Shown: positions 9,899 through 19,430 of the stretch, piece by piece
How positions within the stretch are numbered: position 1 is the stretch's first letter
Layout of the letters: each line of letters starts with the position of its first letter
From: Microgenomates group bacterium Gr01-1014_16
GTDB taxonomy: Bacteria > Patescibacteriota > Microgenomatia > CAZETR01 > Amesbacteraceae
Length of the DNA stretch: 64,000 nucleotides
NCBI GenBank assembly: GCA_007376345.1
Contig: VMGA01000001.1
Location: 61,747-125,746 of the forward strand
Direction of reading: 5' to 3'
Notes under the pieces: generated by a model
Databases searched by the model: none
What the model was told of the DNA's origin: nothing
What the model saw: the letters and a program-made list of their open reading frames with translations, nothing else
Translations under genes and position numbers: made by a program

Positions 9899-10681
9899 TT
9901 ATATACTACCGTTACTCCTGCTTAATAAATACTCACACAAGTACTCCTCGGAAGTTTTTAATGACGGATATAAACGTCTTAGTTTCTTGGTATCCATTTC
10001 GTATAACTGCCTCTTCGCGTCTGGCATGACCTGTATTTTCTTTTTAAAAATTTTTCTTGCGTTCAAAAAGGAGAAGGCTCCTTCTCCACCGACATTAAAG
10101 ACTTCATTTTTGACGGATTTATTCAGGAGTATTTCGATCACTTCGGCGATTGCAAAAGTGGTTATAAGTTGAAGTTTTGAGTTAAGAGTAATATAAAGCG
10201 GATTATCTTTAATAACATCATAGATTGGTCCTTTTTTTAATTTTTTCCCAAGTAGCATCGAAGATCGTAAAATAAGAAATTTTTCTTTATATTTCTTTAC
10301 AATGAGTTCGGCCAAATGCTTGTGAAATCCGTAAGCCTCTAACTTTTTTGGGTCAATTTGCACGCTTTCGTTGGTGTACTTAGGTCCAGTGTGATTCTCG
10401 TATACGTCGGGAGAGGAAATATAAATATAAACATCGCAAGGAAAATCAAAAATACTTTTGATTACGGAAACCGAGGAGGCGAGAAAATCTTCAACCGGGT
10501 TTTGGTTTGCCCAAAAACGCTTGCTATTCCCATTAGCGTTTATCACAATATCGAAAAACTTTCCAATTTGAGCCTGATAGTTATCTTTATTTATTGGCGT
10601 AACAAGAAATTTAGTTGAAAAATATTGAACTAAATCAGAACCCAACATCCCACTGCCGCCAATAACTGCTAATGTTTTCAT
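9899..10681 (-). CDS. NAD-dependent epimerase/dehydratase (atypical SDR)
   Basis: GGSGMLG, ISSPDVY, YGFHK motifs. Confidence 0.8.
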   Translation of the reverse strand: MKTLAVIGGSGMLGSDLVQYFSTKFLVTPINKDNYQAQIGKFFDIVINANGNSKRFWANQNPVEDFLASSVSVIKSIFDFPCDVYIYISSPDVYENHTGPKYTNESVQIDPKKLEAYGFHKHLAELIVKKYKEKFLILRSSMLLGKKLKKGPIYDVIKDNPLYITLNSKLQLITTFAIAEVIEILLNKSVKNEVFNVGGEGAFSFLNARKIFKKKIQVMPDAKRQLYEMDTKKLRRLYPSLKTSEEYLCEYLLSRSNGSI

Positions 10682-10684
10682 GGA

Positions 10685-11650
10685 TTAATATGAAATTGCT
10701 CGCTGATAATTATTATCAAACCATTGAGCTGTTTCTTTGATCCCTTTTTTCAACGGTGTCGGAGGTATCCAATTGAGAATTTTTTTCATTTTTTTAATTC
10801 CGAACAGTTTATGGAGCGCTCCATCCGGCTTACTAGTGTCGTATACCAGCTTGCCTTTGTAGCCTAGTACTTCCTTGATCGTTTCTGCAAGTTCGGATAC
10901 GGAAACGCCGACCCCAGTGGCAATGTTTAATGGATCCACGCTGTTATATATTGAAGCAGCCCTTAAAATAGCCTCTGCTCCGTCTTTCACATATAGCCAA
11001 TCTCTAATGGGTTTTCCTGTCCCCCAAACTTCGACAAAGGGTAACCTTTTTTTCTTAGCCTCATAAATTTTTCTGATAAGACCGGCTAAAGCCTTGCTTT
11101 GCTCGGGATTAAAATGTTCTCCCGGGCCATACATATTTGCCATGATAAGGTGAATAGAATTGAAATCATGCTGCCTTTTAAGGGCAAGTCCATACACCGT
11201 GGAGGCTTTCCTGGCAAACCCGTAGCTAAATATGCTATCATGCACCCACCCATTCCAATAATCCTCCTCATTCATTTCACCGCGCTCGACATACCCAGGA
11301 TAGGAACATCCTGCAACAATGTTGATGAATTTTTTGACGCCTGTTTGTTGGGAGGCATTCATTAAATGCAACCCCATGAGGAGATTATCCATAAGCAAGT
11401 CGGCCTGTTTACCCTCATGATATCCAATTCCACCCTGGTTTGCGGCGCAGTTGATCACTAAATCAGGTTTAGCTATGTTTAGATAGGAAAAACAGTCCTC
11501 ACGTTTTCTGAAATCAATCCCTTCTTTTGTTCTGGGAACAAGAATCTCGCACTTTACTTGTCGTAAGTGATTAACAATATGAGACCCAAAAAAACCGTTT
11601 CCTCCAGCTATAATGATTCTCTTTCCCTTGAAATAATTTAGATACTTCAT
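10685..11650 (-). CDS. GDP-L-fucose synthase-like epimerase/reductase (divergent active site)
   Basis: GGNGFFG, AANQGGIG, NMYGPG, WGTGKPIRDWLYV, SKPDG motifs. Confidence 0.82.
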   Translation of the reverse strand: MKYLNYFKGKRIIIAGGNGFFGSHIVNHLRQVKCEILVPRTKEGIDFRKREDCFSYLNIAKPDLVINCAANQGGIGYHEGKQADLLMDNLLMGLHLMNASQQTGVKKFINIVAGCSYPGYVERGEMNEEDYWNGWVHDSIFSYGFARKASTVYGLALKRQHDFNSIHLIMANMYGPGEHFNPEQSKALAGLIRKIYEAKKKRLPFVEVWGTGKPIRDWLYVKDGAEAILRAASIYNSVDPLNIATGVGVSVSELAETIKEVLGYKGKLVYDTSKPDGALHKLFGIKKMKKILNWIPPTPLKKGIKETAQWFDNNYQRAISY

Positions 11651-12630
11651 AAATTTTTTTTCTTCTTTTTTTTGTCTATTTCGTTTTTTATCCAGTCATA
11701 GTTTTTCTTAATACCGATCTTTAACGGAATCTTTGGTTCCCATTTGAGAAGTTTTCGAACTAATGTGTTATCAGAATTTCTACTTCTTACTCCTTGTGGT
11801 TTGGACAAGTCGTACCGTTTTTTTATGCTTTTTCCCGCAATTTCCGAAACAATATCAATAAATTCGTTTATTGAGACTGGGTGATCAGAGCCAATATTCA
11901 CTGGCTGATGAATTTCTGAGTGTGTAAGTCTGTAAATTCCTTGAAGACAGTCGTCTATATAACAATATGATCGCATTTGTTTACCATCACCCCAAACTTC
12001 AATCTCATCCCCATCCCTGGCTAAAGCGATTTTGCGACAAATTGCGGCGGGTGATTTTTCCCGTCCACCTTCATATGCCCCTAATGGACCATAGATATTG
12101 TGAAACCTGGCTACCCGGGTCTCTAATCCATAATCTTCATAATAATCAGCACAAAGTCTTTCGGCGAATAGTTTTTCCCAACCATACTCGCTGTCAGGAA
12201 GCGCAGGGTAAGCATAGCTTTCTTTAAGTCTTAAATTTTTTTCGGGTTCTTTAAAGTCCGGATAAACCAGAGCCGATGAAGGATAAAAAAATCTGTTCAC
12301 TTTGTTTTGTCGGGATGCTTCAAGCATGCTAGTATCAATTAAAATATTGTCGTTCATAAGCCGGGCCTTTACGCTGTCAATGAAACCAATACCACCCATG
12401 TTGGAGGCCAGATTGTATACTTGATCAACGTTTTTAGTAGCTTTTAAGGCGTTTCTTTTAAAACGAAGGTCTAGCAGTAAAAATTCATCCGCTGCTGTCT
12501 TTTCAAACTCGGGATATTTAATATCAACGCCTCTTACCCAATAATCCTTTTTTTTTAGAAACTTTACGAGATGATGTCCTATAAAACCTCCAGCCCCGGT
12601 AACCACAGCCCGTATCTTTCTTTTTTTCAT
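11647..12630 (-). CDS. GDP-mannose 3,5-epimerase (GME)-like SDR
   Basis: TGAGGFIG, ASNMGGIGFI, YGWEKL, RFHNIYGP, GGREKSPAAICRK, GVRSRNSDNT motifs. Confidence 0.85.
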   Translation of the reverse strand: MKKRKIRAVVTGAGGFIGHHLVKFLKKKDYWVRGVDIKYPEFEKTAADEFLLLDLRFKRNALKATKNVDQVYNLASNMGGIGFIDSVKARLMNDNILIDTSMLEASRQNKVNRFFYPSSALVYPDFKEPEKNLRLKESYAYPALPDSEYGWEKLFAERLCADYYEDYGLETRVARFHNIYGPLGAYEGGREKSPAAICRKIALARDGDEIEVWGDGKQMRSYCYIDDCLQGIYRLTHSEIHQPVNIGSDHPVSINEFIDIVSEIAGKSIKKRYDLSKPQGVRSRNSDNTLVRKLLKWEPKIPLKIGIKKNYDWIKNEIDKKKKKKNL

Positions 12631-13721
12631 TGCTTTGGATTATATGCTAAGACTATTTGGTCTGCATTGTGATCGCCATATCTCTTGAGTGCATAAGCCC
12701 GCGCCTTTTTTGACAGCTTTAATAAATCATTTGAAGATTCATAATAATGGTTAATTGTCTTGGCAACGTTTTGGGGAGTAATGGTAATAAGTTTGCCAAT
12801 GGTGTTGTTCATAGCCTCTGGAACTGCTCCACGATTGGCGGCAATTACCGGAGTGCCGCAGGCCAGCGATTCGATAATGACTCTACCGAAGCCTTCATCA
12901 TGGGTGCTGGGGACGATTGTGAGATCGGCGGCAGAATAGTATAGGGGAAGCATGTCTTGAGAAATACGGCCGATATAATATTTTTTTACTTGGGCTTCGA
13001 GGGGACCTGAACCTGCTATTTTGAGACTAATTCCGGGTTTAAATTTTTTGGCCGCCTCAAGTAATTCAGGAATGCCTTTTTCAGGGACCAGCCTGCCCAC
13101 AAATAGAACGATGAACTGGCCCTCCCACCCTAACTTGGCTTTGGCGCGAGGAATGGGTTTAAACTTTTGCAAATTCACCCAATATGTAAACCGTCCAACC
13201 TTTTTTACGCCTAAGCTAACTAACTCTTTTATTGACTGATTGGACAAACATAAGTTGTAGCTGGCTGCACTAAAAATCCACTTTGCTATTGTTCGATAAA
13301 AGCCTTGTTTAGGAAAGTTGTATATTGAGTGGGTAGAAATAACGGTTCGGATACCAAATATCCGGCCCCAAAAGCTGGCCGCGAAACCAGCGCTTAAGCC
13401 GTGGGCATGGATTACGTTTGGCCGGAAGAAAAGTAGTACAAAAGGCAAGGCAATAAATAATCCGGGAACCAGATAAAGAAATTCTCCGGCCGGTATTTGC
13501 GATAATTTGTTAAACCAGCCGGGTAACCAGGGCAACCGTAATGTTTGTAAGCCCGGTCTAGTCTCCCATACTTTCCAGTCGGTTTTTACAGATAACGGCC
13601 TGTAGGTAAGGACGAAGACTTGATGTTTTTTGTGAATCAGCCCCGAGACAAGGTCGTCCAAATGAGTCTCGACACCGCCGAGATTGGGCGAAAAATGGAC
13701 GCTAAGTTGAAGAATTTTCAT
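12627..13721 (-). CDS. Glycosyltransferase family 4
   Basis: GGVETH, FVGRLVPEKG, EGFGRVIIESLACGTP motifs. Confidence 0.92.
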   Translation of the reverse strand: MKILQLSVHFSPNLGGVETHLDDLVSGLIHKKHQVFVLTYRPLSVKTDWKVWETRPGLQTLRLPWLPGWFNKLSQIPAGEFLYLVPGLFIALPFVLLFFRPNVIHAHGLSAGFAASFWGRIFGIRTVISTHSIYNFPKQGFYRTIAKWIFSAASYNLCLSNQSIKELVSLGVKKVGRFTYWVNLQKFKPIPRAKAKLGWEGQFIVLFVGRLVPEKGIPELLEAAKKFKPGISLKIAGSGPLEAQVKKYYIGRISQDMLPLYYSAADLTIVPSTHDEGFGRVIIESLACGTPVIAANRGAVPEAMNNTIGKLITITPQNVAKTINHYYESSNDLLKLSKKARAYALKRYGDHNADQIVLAYNPKQ

Positions 13722-14551
13722 GCCTGCTTAATTTTTCCGACTAAGTATCCTAATCCGCCAAAAAGTTGTTCTAATGTTAATACTATAAACATTCCTGCTG
13801 TGAGCGCCGGGCTGCTGACTAATCGTCGCCAGTTTTTGTAAAAAATAGGCCGCAAAAAATAGATAGTCTTGGGGCCAACTATGGGAAGGCGGTGCTTTTT
13901 AAAATAACGGTGCGAAGAAAGGCCGTAATAATATTTTTTTTTGATAAGTTTTGAAAGCGAGGGGATTCTTTCGTAATGGTTTATGCGGGATGAAACGCGG
14001 CCGATTTGATATCCCATTTTAACGATAGTCTCCGGCAGATCCCAGTCTTCCGGACCGGTAATTGTCTCGTCGTATCCACCCGCTTTTTCGAACAGCTTCT
14101 TTGAAAAAAATCTAGCTGCATCGGTATCCGGGTCTCCAAAGTCGCTGTAAAACGATCTTTCGAAGGCTTTGACTTTTTCCCAATAGTTAACAGCTACCGG
14201 CTGTTCCGGAATAGCAATAGCCCCAATCGCAGAATTGGCAGTAATAAGGTTGACGCAGTCCGTTATCGCCGATGGTGTTGCTTGCATGTCCGCGTCTAAA
14301 AACAGCAGGTATTCTCCTTTTGATTTTTTGGCGCCGAAATTGCGCTGAACGCTTCTTTCGGCGTGGGATCGCAAATATACAAATTTTGTGAATTTCCTGG
14401 CTATTTCTGCCGTAGCATCTGTTGAGCCATCGTCTACTACTATAACCTCACAACTAGGATAGGTTTGATTTTTGATAGCCTGGAGATTTTTGGCTATAAC
14501 TTGAGCTTCGTTTCGGGTGGGAATAATGACCGACACTAAAGGAACCGGCAT
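13718..14551 (-). CDS. Glycosyltransferase family 2
   Basis: VSVIIPTRNE, VDDGSTD, FLDAD, GPEDWDL motifs. Confidence 0.92.
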   Translation of the reverse strand: MPVPLVSVIIPTRNEAQVIAKNLQAIKNQTYPSCEVIVVDDGSTDATAEIARKFTKFVYLRSHAERSVQRNFGAKKSKGEYLLFLDADMQATPSAITDCVNLITANSAIGAIAIPEQPVAVNYWEKVKAFERSFYSDFGDPDTDAARFFSKKLFEKAGGYDETITGPEDWDLPETIVKMGYQIGRVSSRINHYERIPSLSKLIKKKYYYGLSSHRYFKKHRLPIVGPKTIYFLRPIFYKNWRRLVSSPALTAGMFIVLTLEQLFGGLGYLVGKIKQA

Positions 14552-14579
14552 ATTTGGATTATATTATAATCGGAGTTGT
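14552..14579. promoter_or_regulatory. Bidirectional leaderless promoter (ATTATATTATAAT, back-to-back TATAAT boxes)
   Basis: TATAAT on the - strand (14558-14563) is 6 nt from ATG 14551. TATAAT on the + strand (14565-14570) is 9 nt from ATG 14580. Confidence 0.65.
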
Positions 14580-16340
14580 ATGTTTAAGAAGTGGTTTTGG
14601 GGTGTGGGAATTATTTTAATACTGGGCATTGGATATTTGACTTTGCGTCCAAGTTTCAACCTGGCACTCACCGGAGACGATTATTTGGGACTATGGAGAT
14701 ACAACTATTATCTTAAAGGCCTGGGTAGAGGTCTGGGGGGCGAAAAAATGAATAACGTATCATATTTTTTCACTGATTACGGCCCGATGGATACTCTTAC
14801 TGCCGTAATCTATAACTTCTTTGGGTTCAGACACCAACTCTATTACATAATTTGCTTCATATTGCGAGTAATTGCCTCACTATCTTTTCTGTGGCCGGTA
14901 TATAAACTGACCAGAAATAGGTGGGCGAGTTTGGGAGTCGCGGGATTTTTTCTGATAACCACCACGGGGCTGGAAGCTACTGACTGGTCGTTTAATATGC
15001 CCTCTTACTTGGCAATCGCAATTTTGAATAGTTGGATAGGGTATTTTCTTATCACTAAAACCTCCAATCATTTGTTGTTTTGGAGCTTGGCGGCGGTTTT
15101 GTTTGTAGCCGCAATTATTGTCCAACCCATCCGGATGGTGTTTTTACCTGTTTTCGTAATTGGGTTGGAAATTTATTGGCTGCTCTTTAACTTCAATTTA
15201 AGAAGGTTTGTAAAGGCTTTCCTGCGGATCGGAATGTATATCGCTCTCACAGCAATGATATTTAAATACACACAAATAGGAGGAGCTGTCAGTGGTAGGG
15301 GTTCCGATACAATCATTAAAAACTATGGACAAGTGATCAAATACATCCAGGAAAAAAACTTCAGAATACTGTTAACTCCCGTTAGTCAAGTAGGAATCAT
15401 GGTCTTGCCCAATAATTTTATGTACCAGAGACTGGAGGTGTGGGGATTTCCCAGAACTTTCAGAAGAGTGGTAATCCCCTCTTATTTTGGCCTGGTGCTG
15501 GGACTAATCATATTAAAAATCAATAAATGGGGATTAATTGGCAGTTTGATTTTAGGAGCTGGTTGGGCTGGTTATGTTTGGCGAGAATATATGACGCTGG
15601 GAGGCAATTCTTTGCAACCTTTTGAATTGCTAACTTACCTGATAGGAGGTTACTTTTTAATAGCGATGACGCTGTGGTGGTGGAGACTGAAGGGAGAAAG
15701 CCACTTGCAATTGAGTTTGGTGATTGGCTTAATGCTGATGCTCGGTGGTTTTATGGTGGCATGGCTGAGAAACACTGGTGCCGTGTTTGAGATTACTTCG
15801 CGTTATTTAATCGTGCCAGGAGCCGGTCTGGCTTGGCTTATGGCTGTTCCGTTGGCTGTCCAAAAACGCAAATGGGTGTTTGTTTCGTTGTTTGGACTGT
15901 TGTTTAGCTTGCATGCCAGAACCAGCTATAGTTATTTGTTTCATTTATCTGAAGTAAGGGGGATTGAATTGACTGACAGGTTGAGAAATTCCGTAAAAGG
16001 CTCCAAGGATTTTGGTGATCCCAAAATACCCATTGTTTATTATTTTGAGGGAGATAACCCGGAAATTTTGCATCACGCATTTATCTTTGGCTGGCCGGTG
16101 ATTTCCACATTTCAATTTAATTTTTCCGGCCCATGGTATACAGTCGCACCAACAGATAAATGGGAAGAGGTTGTGTCCGCCTACGTGGATGGCAAATCCT
16201 TAAAGAGGTTTATGCCCGACCCGATGACTACAGTTAAAATGGATAATGTTTTTGCTTACAGACTGGAAAACAGGCAGTTGATCGATGTGACCGAGGAGAA
16301 GCGCGGAATATTGAAGAAACTTAAAAAAGGACTTCGATAA
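14580..16340 (+). CDS. Polytopic membrane protein, GT-C-like putative glycosyltransferase
   Basis: N-terminal TM helix then a GDD acidic motif, many TM segments, SRYL motif, soluble C-terminal domain. Start moved to ATG 14580 to avoid overlap with the divergent gene. Confidence 0.65.
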   Translation: MFKKWFWGVGIILILGIGYLTLRPSFNLALTGDDYLGLWRYNYYLKGLGRGLGGEKMNNVSYFFTDYGPMDTLTAVIYNFFGFRHQLYYIICFILRVIASLSFLWPVYKLTRNRWASLGVAGFFLITTTGLEATDWSFNMPSYLAIAILNSWIGYFLITKTSNHLLFWSLAAVLFVAAIIVQPIRMVFLPVFVIGLEIYWLLFNFNLRRFVKAFLRIGMYIALTAMIFKYTQIGGAVSGRGSDTIIKNYGQVIKYIQEKNFRILLTPVSQVGIMVLPNNFMYQRLEVWGFPRTFRRVVIPSYFGLVLGLIILKINKWGLIGSLILGAGWAGYVWREYMTLGGNSLQPFELLTYLIGGYFLIAMTLWWWRLKGESHLQLSLVIGLMLMLGGFMVAWLRNTGAVFEITSRYLIVPGAGLAWLMAVPLAVQKRKWVFVSLFGLLFSLHARTSYSYLFHLSEVRGIELTDRLRNSVKGSKDFGDPKIPIVYYFEGDNPEILHHAFIFGWPVISTFQFNFSGPWYTVAPTDKWEEVVSAYVDGKSLKRFMPDPMTTVKMDNVFAYRLENRQLIDVTEEKRGILKKLKKGLR

Positions 16341-17100
16341 CTTTTTTAGAATCTTTCTTACTCTCTTTTACTAATTGACTAGCTTTTAGCAATTCGTTGT
16401 AGTCATTAATGTTGATGTTATTCCCGTTTATAAGAAAGCCGAAGGCCCTGTTTATCTTCGCCAGATGGTTGATCGTGTAGGTTATTTCTCTCTCTTTACG
16501 GATCGGGTGGATGGGAGTTTTTCTGATGTGATTAAAGATATCCGGATGGAAGAGATAGACTCCACAACCCCTCAACATATACGGAGGGTCTTCTGGTTTC
16601 TCGATGATTTCAATTATCCTGCCGTTTTTGGAAAGTTTGACAGAGCAAGTATGCCGTAAAACACTGATATCGTCTTCTTTGACTACGCCCTCCATAACAA
16701 TGGCATTTGTCTTGAAAAACTCCTGGATCATTCGCTCGAGTGATTGGGTTACGGTGCAGTCGTCCCCATACATAACGACGAAGGGCTGTTTTTTTATATA
16801 TTTTTCGGTTAGAAGCATGGCTTCCCCGGTGCCGTTGAGGGTTTTTTGTTCAACAAAATAAATATTCGCCCGAAGATCCATTTGAATAAACTTGAAATAC
16901 TCTATTATTTTTTCTTTGAAGACGTTAACAATAATATAAATGTCTTCGATGCCTATGCTTTGCATTTGGTCGACCACGTAATGAATTATGGGCCGATCGT
17001 ACAGGGGAAAAAGGGCTTTAGGGAGCAAACTCGACAGATACCCTAGCCTGCTGCCTGAACCGGCAGCGGGAATGACGCCGATCTTAATTTTATTTTGCAT
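16321..17100 (-). CDS. Sugar-1-phosphate nucleotidyltransferase (RmlA/GalU-like NTP transferase)
   Basis: IPAAGSGSRL...LPKAL, EQ...GTG, YGDD, IEKP, EREIT motifs. Confidence 0.9.
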   Translation of the reverse strand: MQNKIKIGVIPAAGSGSRLGYLSSLLPKALFPLYDRPIIHYVVDQMQSIGIEDIYIIVNVFKEKIIEYFKFIQMDLRANIYFVEQKTLNGTGEAMLLTEKYIKKQPFVVMYGDDCTVTQSLERMIQEFFKTNAIVMEGVVKEDDISVLRHTCSVKLSKNGRIIEIIEKPEDPPYMLRGCGVYLFHPDIFNHIRKTPIHPIRKEREITYTINHLAKINRAFGFLINGNNININDYNELLKASQLVKESKKDSKKVIEVLF

Positions 17101-18130
17101 CTCTGATTTCGAAGAGGTTTTTGTTTTTTTTGACCCAATCGACTAGTTCACGCACTCCTTTTTCGGGGGTTACTCTGGCAGACCAACCCAAATTCTTTTT
17201 GGCTTTGTCTGTATTACAAACGAAATACACCAGATCGCCCATGCGGGATGGTTGGTATTTGATCTGGGATTTTTTTCCCAATATTTTTTCGATCAAATGG
17301 ATGCACTCGATTAGCGAAAGAATTGTTTTGGTTCCGCCGCCGATGTTATAACACCCTGGTTTTTGTTTTTTATAAAAGGCGTCGAAGGCTCTGACTAAAT
17401 CTGAAACGTGAAGAATGTCGCGAACTTGCTTTCCGGTACCGAAGATTGTCAACGGATAGCTCATCACAGATCGGATGGCAAAGTTGGCTACCCAACCATG
17501 ATCTTCACCACCAAACTGGCGCGAACCGTAAAGGCCGGTTAGCCTAAATGAGGCCAAGGGAAGCTTGTAGGTATCGACGTATGTTTGAGTGTACAAATCC
17601 AGGGTGTGTTTGGAAGCATGGAGTGGGGTAAGAAGGCCTTCGACCAGTCGGTGCGTTTCGTCTATTTCGGCGGGTTTTCTGATGTAGCGGGTTTTACCTT
17701 CTTTTACTTCTTCATTAATTTTATTTCCGTAAATGTGAATGGTGGAACAAGAAACAGTCGGGATTTTATATTTTCGAGCCATTTCTAAAACGTTAAATGT
17801 GCCAACGACATTGGTCGTAAAGTCTAGTTCCGGATCTTCCCAGGAAATGGTCATGGCTGGCTGGGCGGCGGTGTGAATTATAAAATCAGATTTTTTGGCG
17901 TATGACTCCAGGGCCTCTTTGTCACGGACGTCTTCTTTGACAATATCAACTTTAATTTTTTTTAAGTAATCGACATTATGGAAACGGGCTTTTTCGGTAG
18001 AGTAACCGGTGCGGCGTAATTCAAACTTAGTCAAGTTATCGTAGGCAGTGACTTTGGCACCCTGCTTTTTGTAGTATTCACAAACATGGCTCCCAGCAAA
18101 CCCGCACCCACCCGTTACTAAAACTTTCAT
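17090..18130 (-). CDS. CDP-paratose 2-epimerase (Tyv/RfbE)-like SDR
   Basis: MKVLVTGGCGFAG, HTAAQPAMT, QFGGEDHGWVANF, GKQVRDILHV. Start taken at ATG 18130. Confidence 0.82.
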   Translation of the reverse strand: MKVLVTGGCGFAGSHVCEYYKKQGAKVTAYDNLTKFELRRTGYSTEKARFHNVDYLKKIKVDIVKEDVRDKEALESYAKKSDFIIHTAAQPAMTISWEDPELDFTTNVVGTFNVLEMARKYKIPTVSCSTIHIYGNKINEEVKEGKTRYIRKPAEIDETHRLVEGLLTPLHASKHTLDLYTQTYVDTYKLPLASFRLTGLYGSRQFGGEDHGWVANFAIRSVMSYPLTIFGTGKQVRDILHVSDLVRAFDAFYKKQKPGCYNIGGGTKTILSLIECIHLIEKILGKKSQIKYQPSRMGDLVYFVCNTDKAKKNLGWSARVTPEKGVRELVDWVKKNKNLFEIRDAK

Positions 18131-18155
18131 GGCAGATAATTTATAACACTGTTTT

Positions 18156-18560
18156 TTAAGATGTAAAGGGGGTCTGTGATTTTTTAAACACTCCAAATTT
18201 CATACCCAGATAATTCATTGAAGTGGAGGTGCAGATGGCGGTAAACCAAGCGAGGACTTTAATTTGGGTCAAATTTAAAACAACTTGGTTTGCTAAGTTG
18301 TTGGCTATCAAAGAACTAGCATAAAGAATAATGAATGGTAATATTTGGTGTCGGGGATGATGATTTTGTGCTTGAAACACAAAAGACCGGTGGCCCACAA
18401 ATGAAACAGTGGCGCCGCTGATATACGAGATGGCTTTGGATAGGGGAATTGGAATAATGGGTGCAATAAAAAGTAGACCAAAATAAACTACAAAGTCTAC
18501 GCCAACTGCTAACGCTCCCACAAATACAAACCTGATAATTTGGTTTAATGTTTGAACCAC
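18156..18560 (-). CDS. GtrA family lipid-linked sugar flippase
   Basis: 134 aa, four hydrophobic segments, RFVFVG...VDF, SF..HRSFVF, NYLGMKFGVF. Confidence 0.88.
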   Translation of the reverse strand: MVQTLNQIIRFVFVGALAVGVDFVVYFGLLFIAPIIPIPLSKAISYISGATVSFVGHRSFVFQAQNHHPRHQILPFIILYASSLIANNLANQVVLNLTQIKVLAWFTAICTSTSMNYLGMKFGVFKKSQTPFTS

Positions 18561-18584
18561 AGTTAATTATATTATAATTAGAGG
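18561..18584. promoter_or_regulatory. Bidirectional leaderless promoter (ATTATATTATAAT)
   Basis: Same 13-mer as at 14558. Boxes at 18566-18571 (-) and 18573-18578 (+) lie 5 and 6 nt from the two GTG starts. Confidence 0.65.
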
Positions 18585-19430
18585 GTGAATACTTTTGTTT
18601 GGACTGTGGGGCATTTTCTGTATGAGAACAATTTTATAAGGAGAGTTATTTCGCCGGTTGTGAACTTGTTTAAGCCTGATTTTGTAATGGTGGGGAACAA
18701 CAAAATGTTCATAGATAAAAATGACAGAGTGGTGTCGTTGGCTTTAATATTAAATGGAGTATGGGAAGAATTCGAAACAGAGGTGTTTAAAAAAAATCTT
18801 AAAAGGGGAGACGTGGTGCTCGATATTGGAGCAAATATTGGCTATCACACGCTGATCGCAGCAGAAATTGTGGGCAACAATGGGCATGTATATGCGTTTG
18901 AACCCGACTCAAAGAACTTTGGTGTTTTGAAAAGAAACGTAGAGGTGAATGGATATAAAAATGTGATATTGGTAAATAAAGCATTGTCTGATAAAAACGG
19001 AGTTGGAAAGTTGTTTTTAAGCACAGAAGATAACCATGGGGACTTTAGGATTTTTGGTTCTAATGACGATAGAAAATCGGTCGATATTGAGTTGGTTAGG
19101 CTAGATTCTTTTTTTGGCAATCACATTCCAAAAATAAATGTGATTAAAATTGACGTTCAGGGGGCTGAAGCTTTGATTTTTAAGGGAGCTTCTAAGACGC
19201 TTAAGGCCATTAAAAAAATTAAAGTCTTTACGGAGTTCTGGCCTAAAGCGCTTCGCTTAAGCGGCAGTTCAGCCGAAGAATATTCGCATATTTTGATGAA
19301 AAATAGGTTTAAAATATATGAAATTGACTCATCAGAAAAACGAATGGCTGAAGTGTCGTTCCAAAAACTATTTGAAAAATATCCCGAGGATAGTCTTTAT
19401 AACGCGGATTTGTTTTGTGTAAAAAAATGA
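18585..19430 (+). CDS. FkbM family methyltransferase
   Basis: LDIGANIGYHTL, YAFEPD, IKIDVQGAE, EFWP motifs. Confidence 0.92.
   Translation: MNTFVWTVGHFLYENNFIRRVISPVVNLFKPDFVMVGNNKMFIDKNDRVVSLALILNGVWEEFETEVFKKNLKRGDVVLDIGANIGYHTLIAAEIVGNNGHVYAFEPDSKNFGVLKRNVEVNGYKNVILVNKALSDKNGVGKLFLSTEDNHGDFRIFGSNDDRKSVDIELVRLDSFFGNHIPKINVIKIDVQGAEALIFKGASKTLKAIKKIKVFTEFWPKALRLSGSSAEEYSHILMKNRFKIYEIDSSEKRMAEVSFQKLFEKYPEDSLYNADLFCVKK

Noticed and set aside
11653-11673. Long T-runs at the GME-like gene end
   Set aside because: They encode a poly-Lys C-terminal tail; A/T runs are common throughout this AT-rich window.
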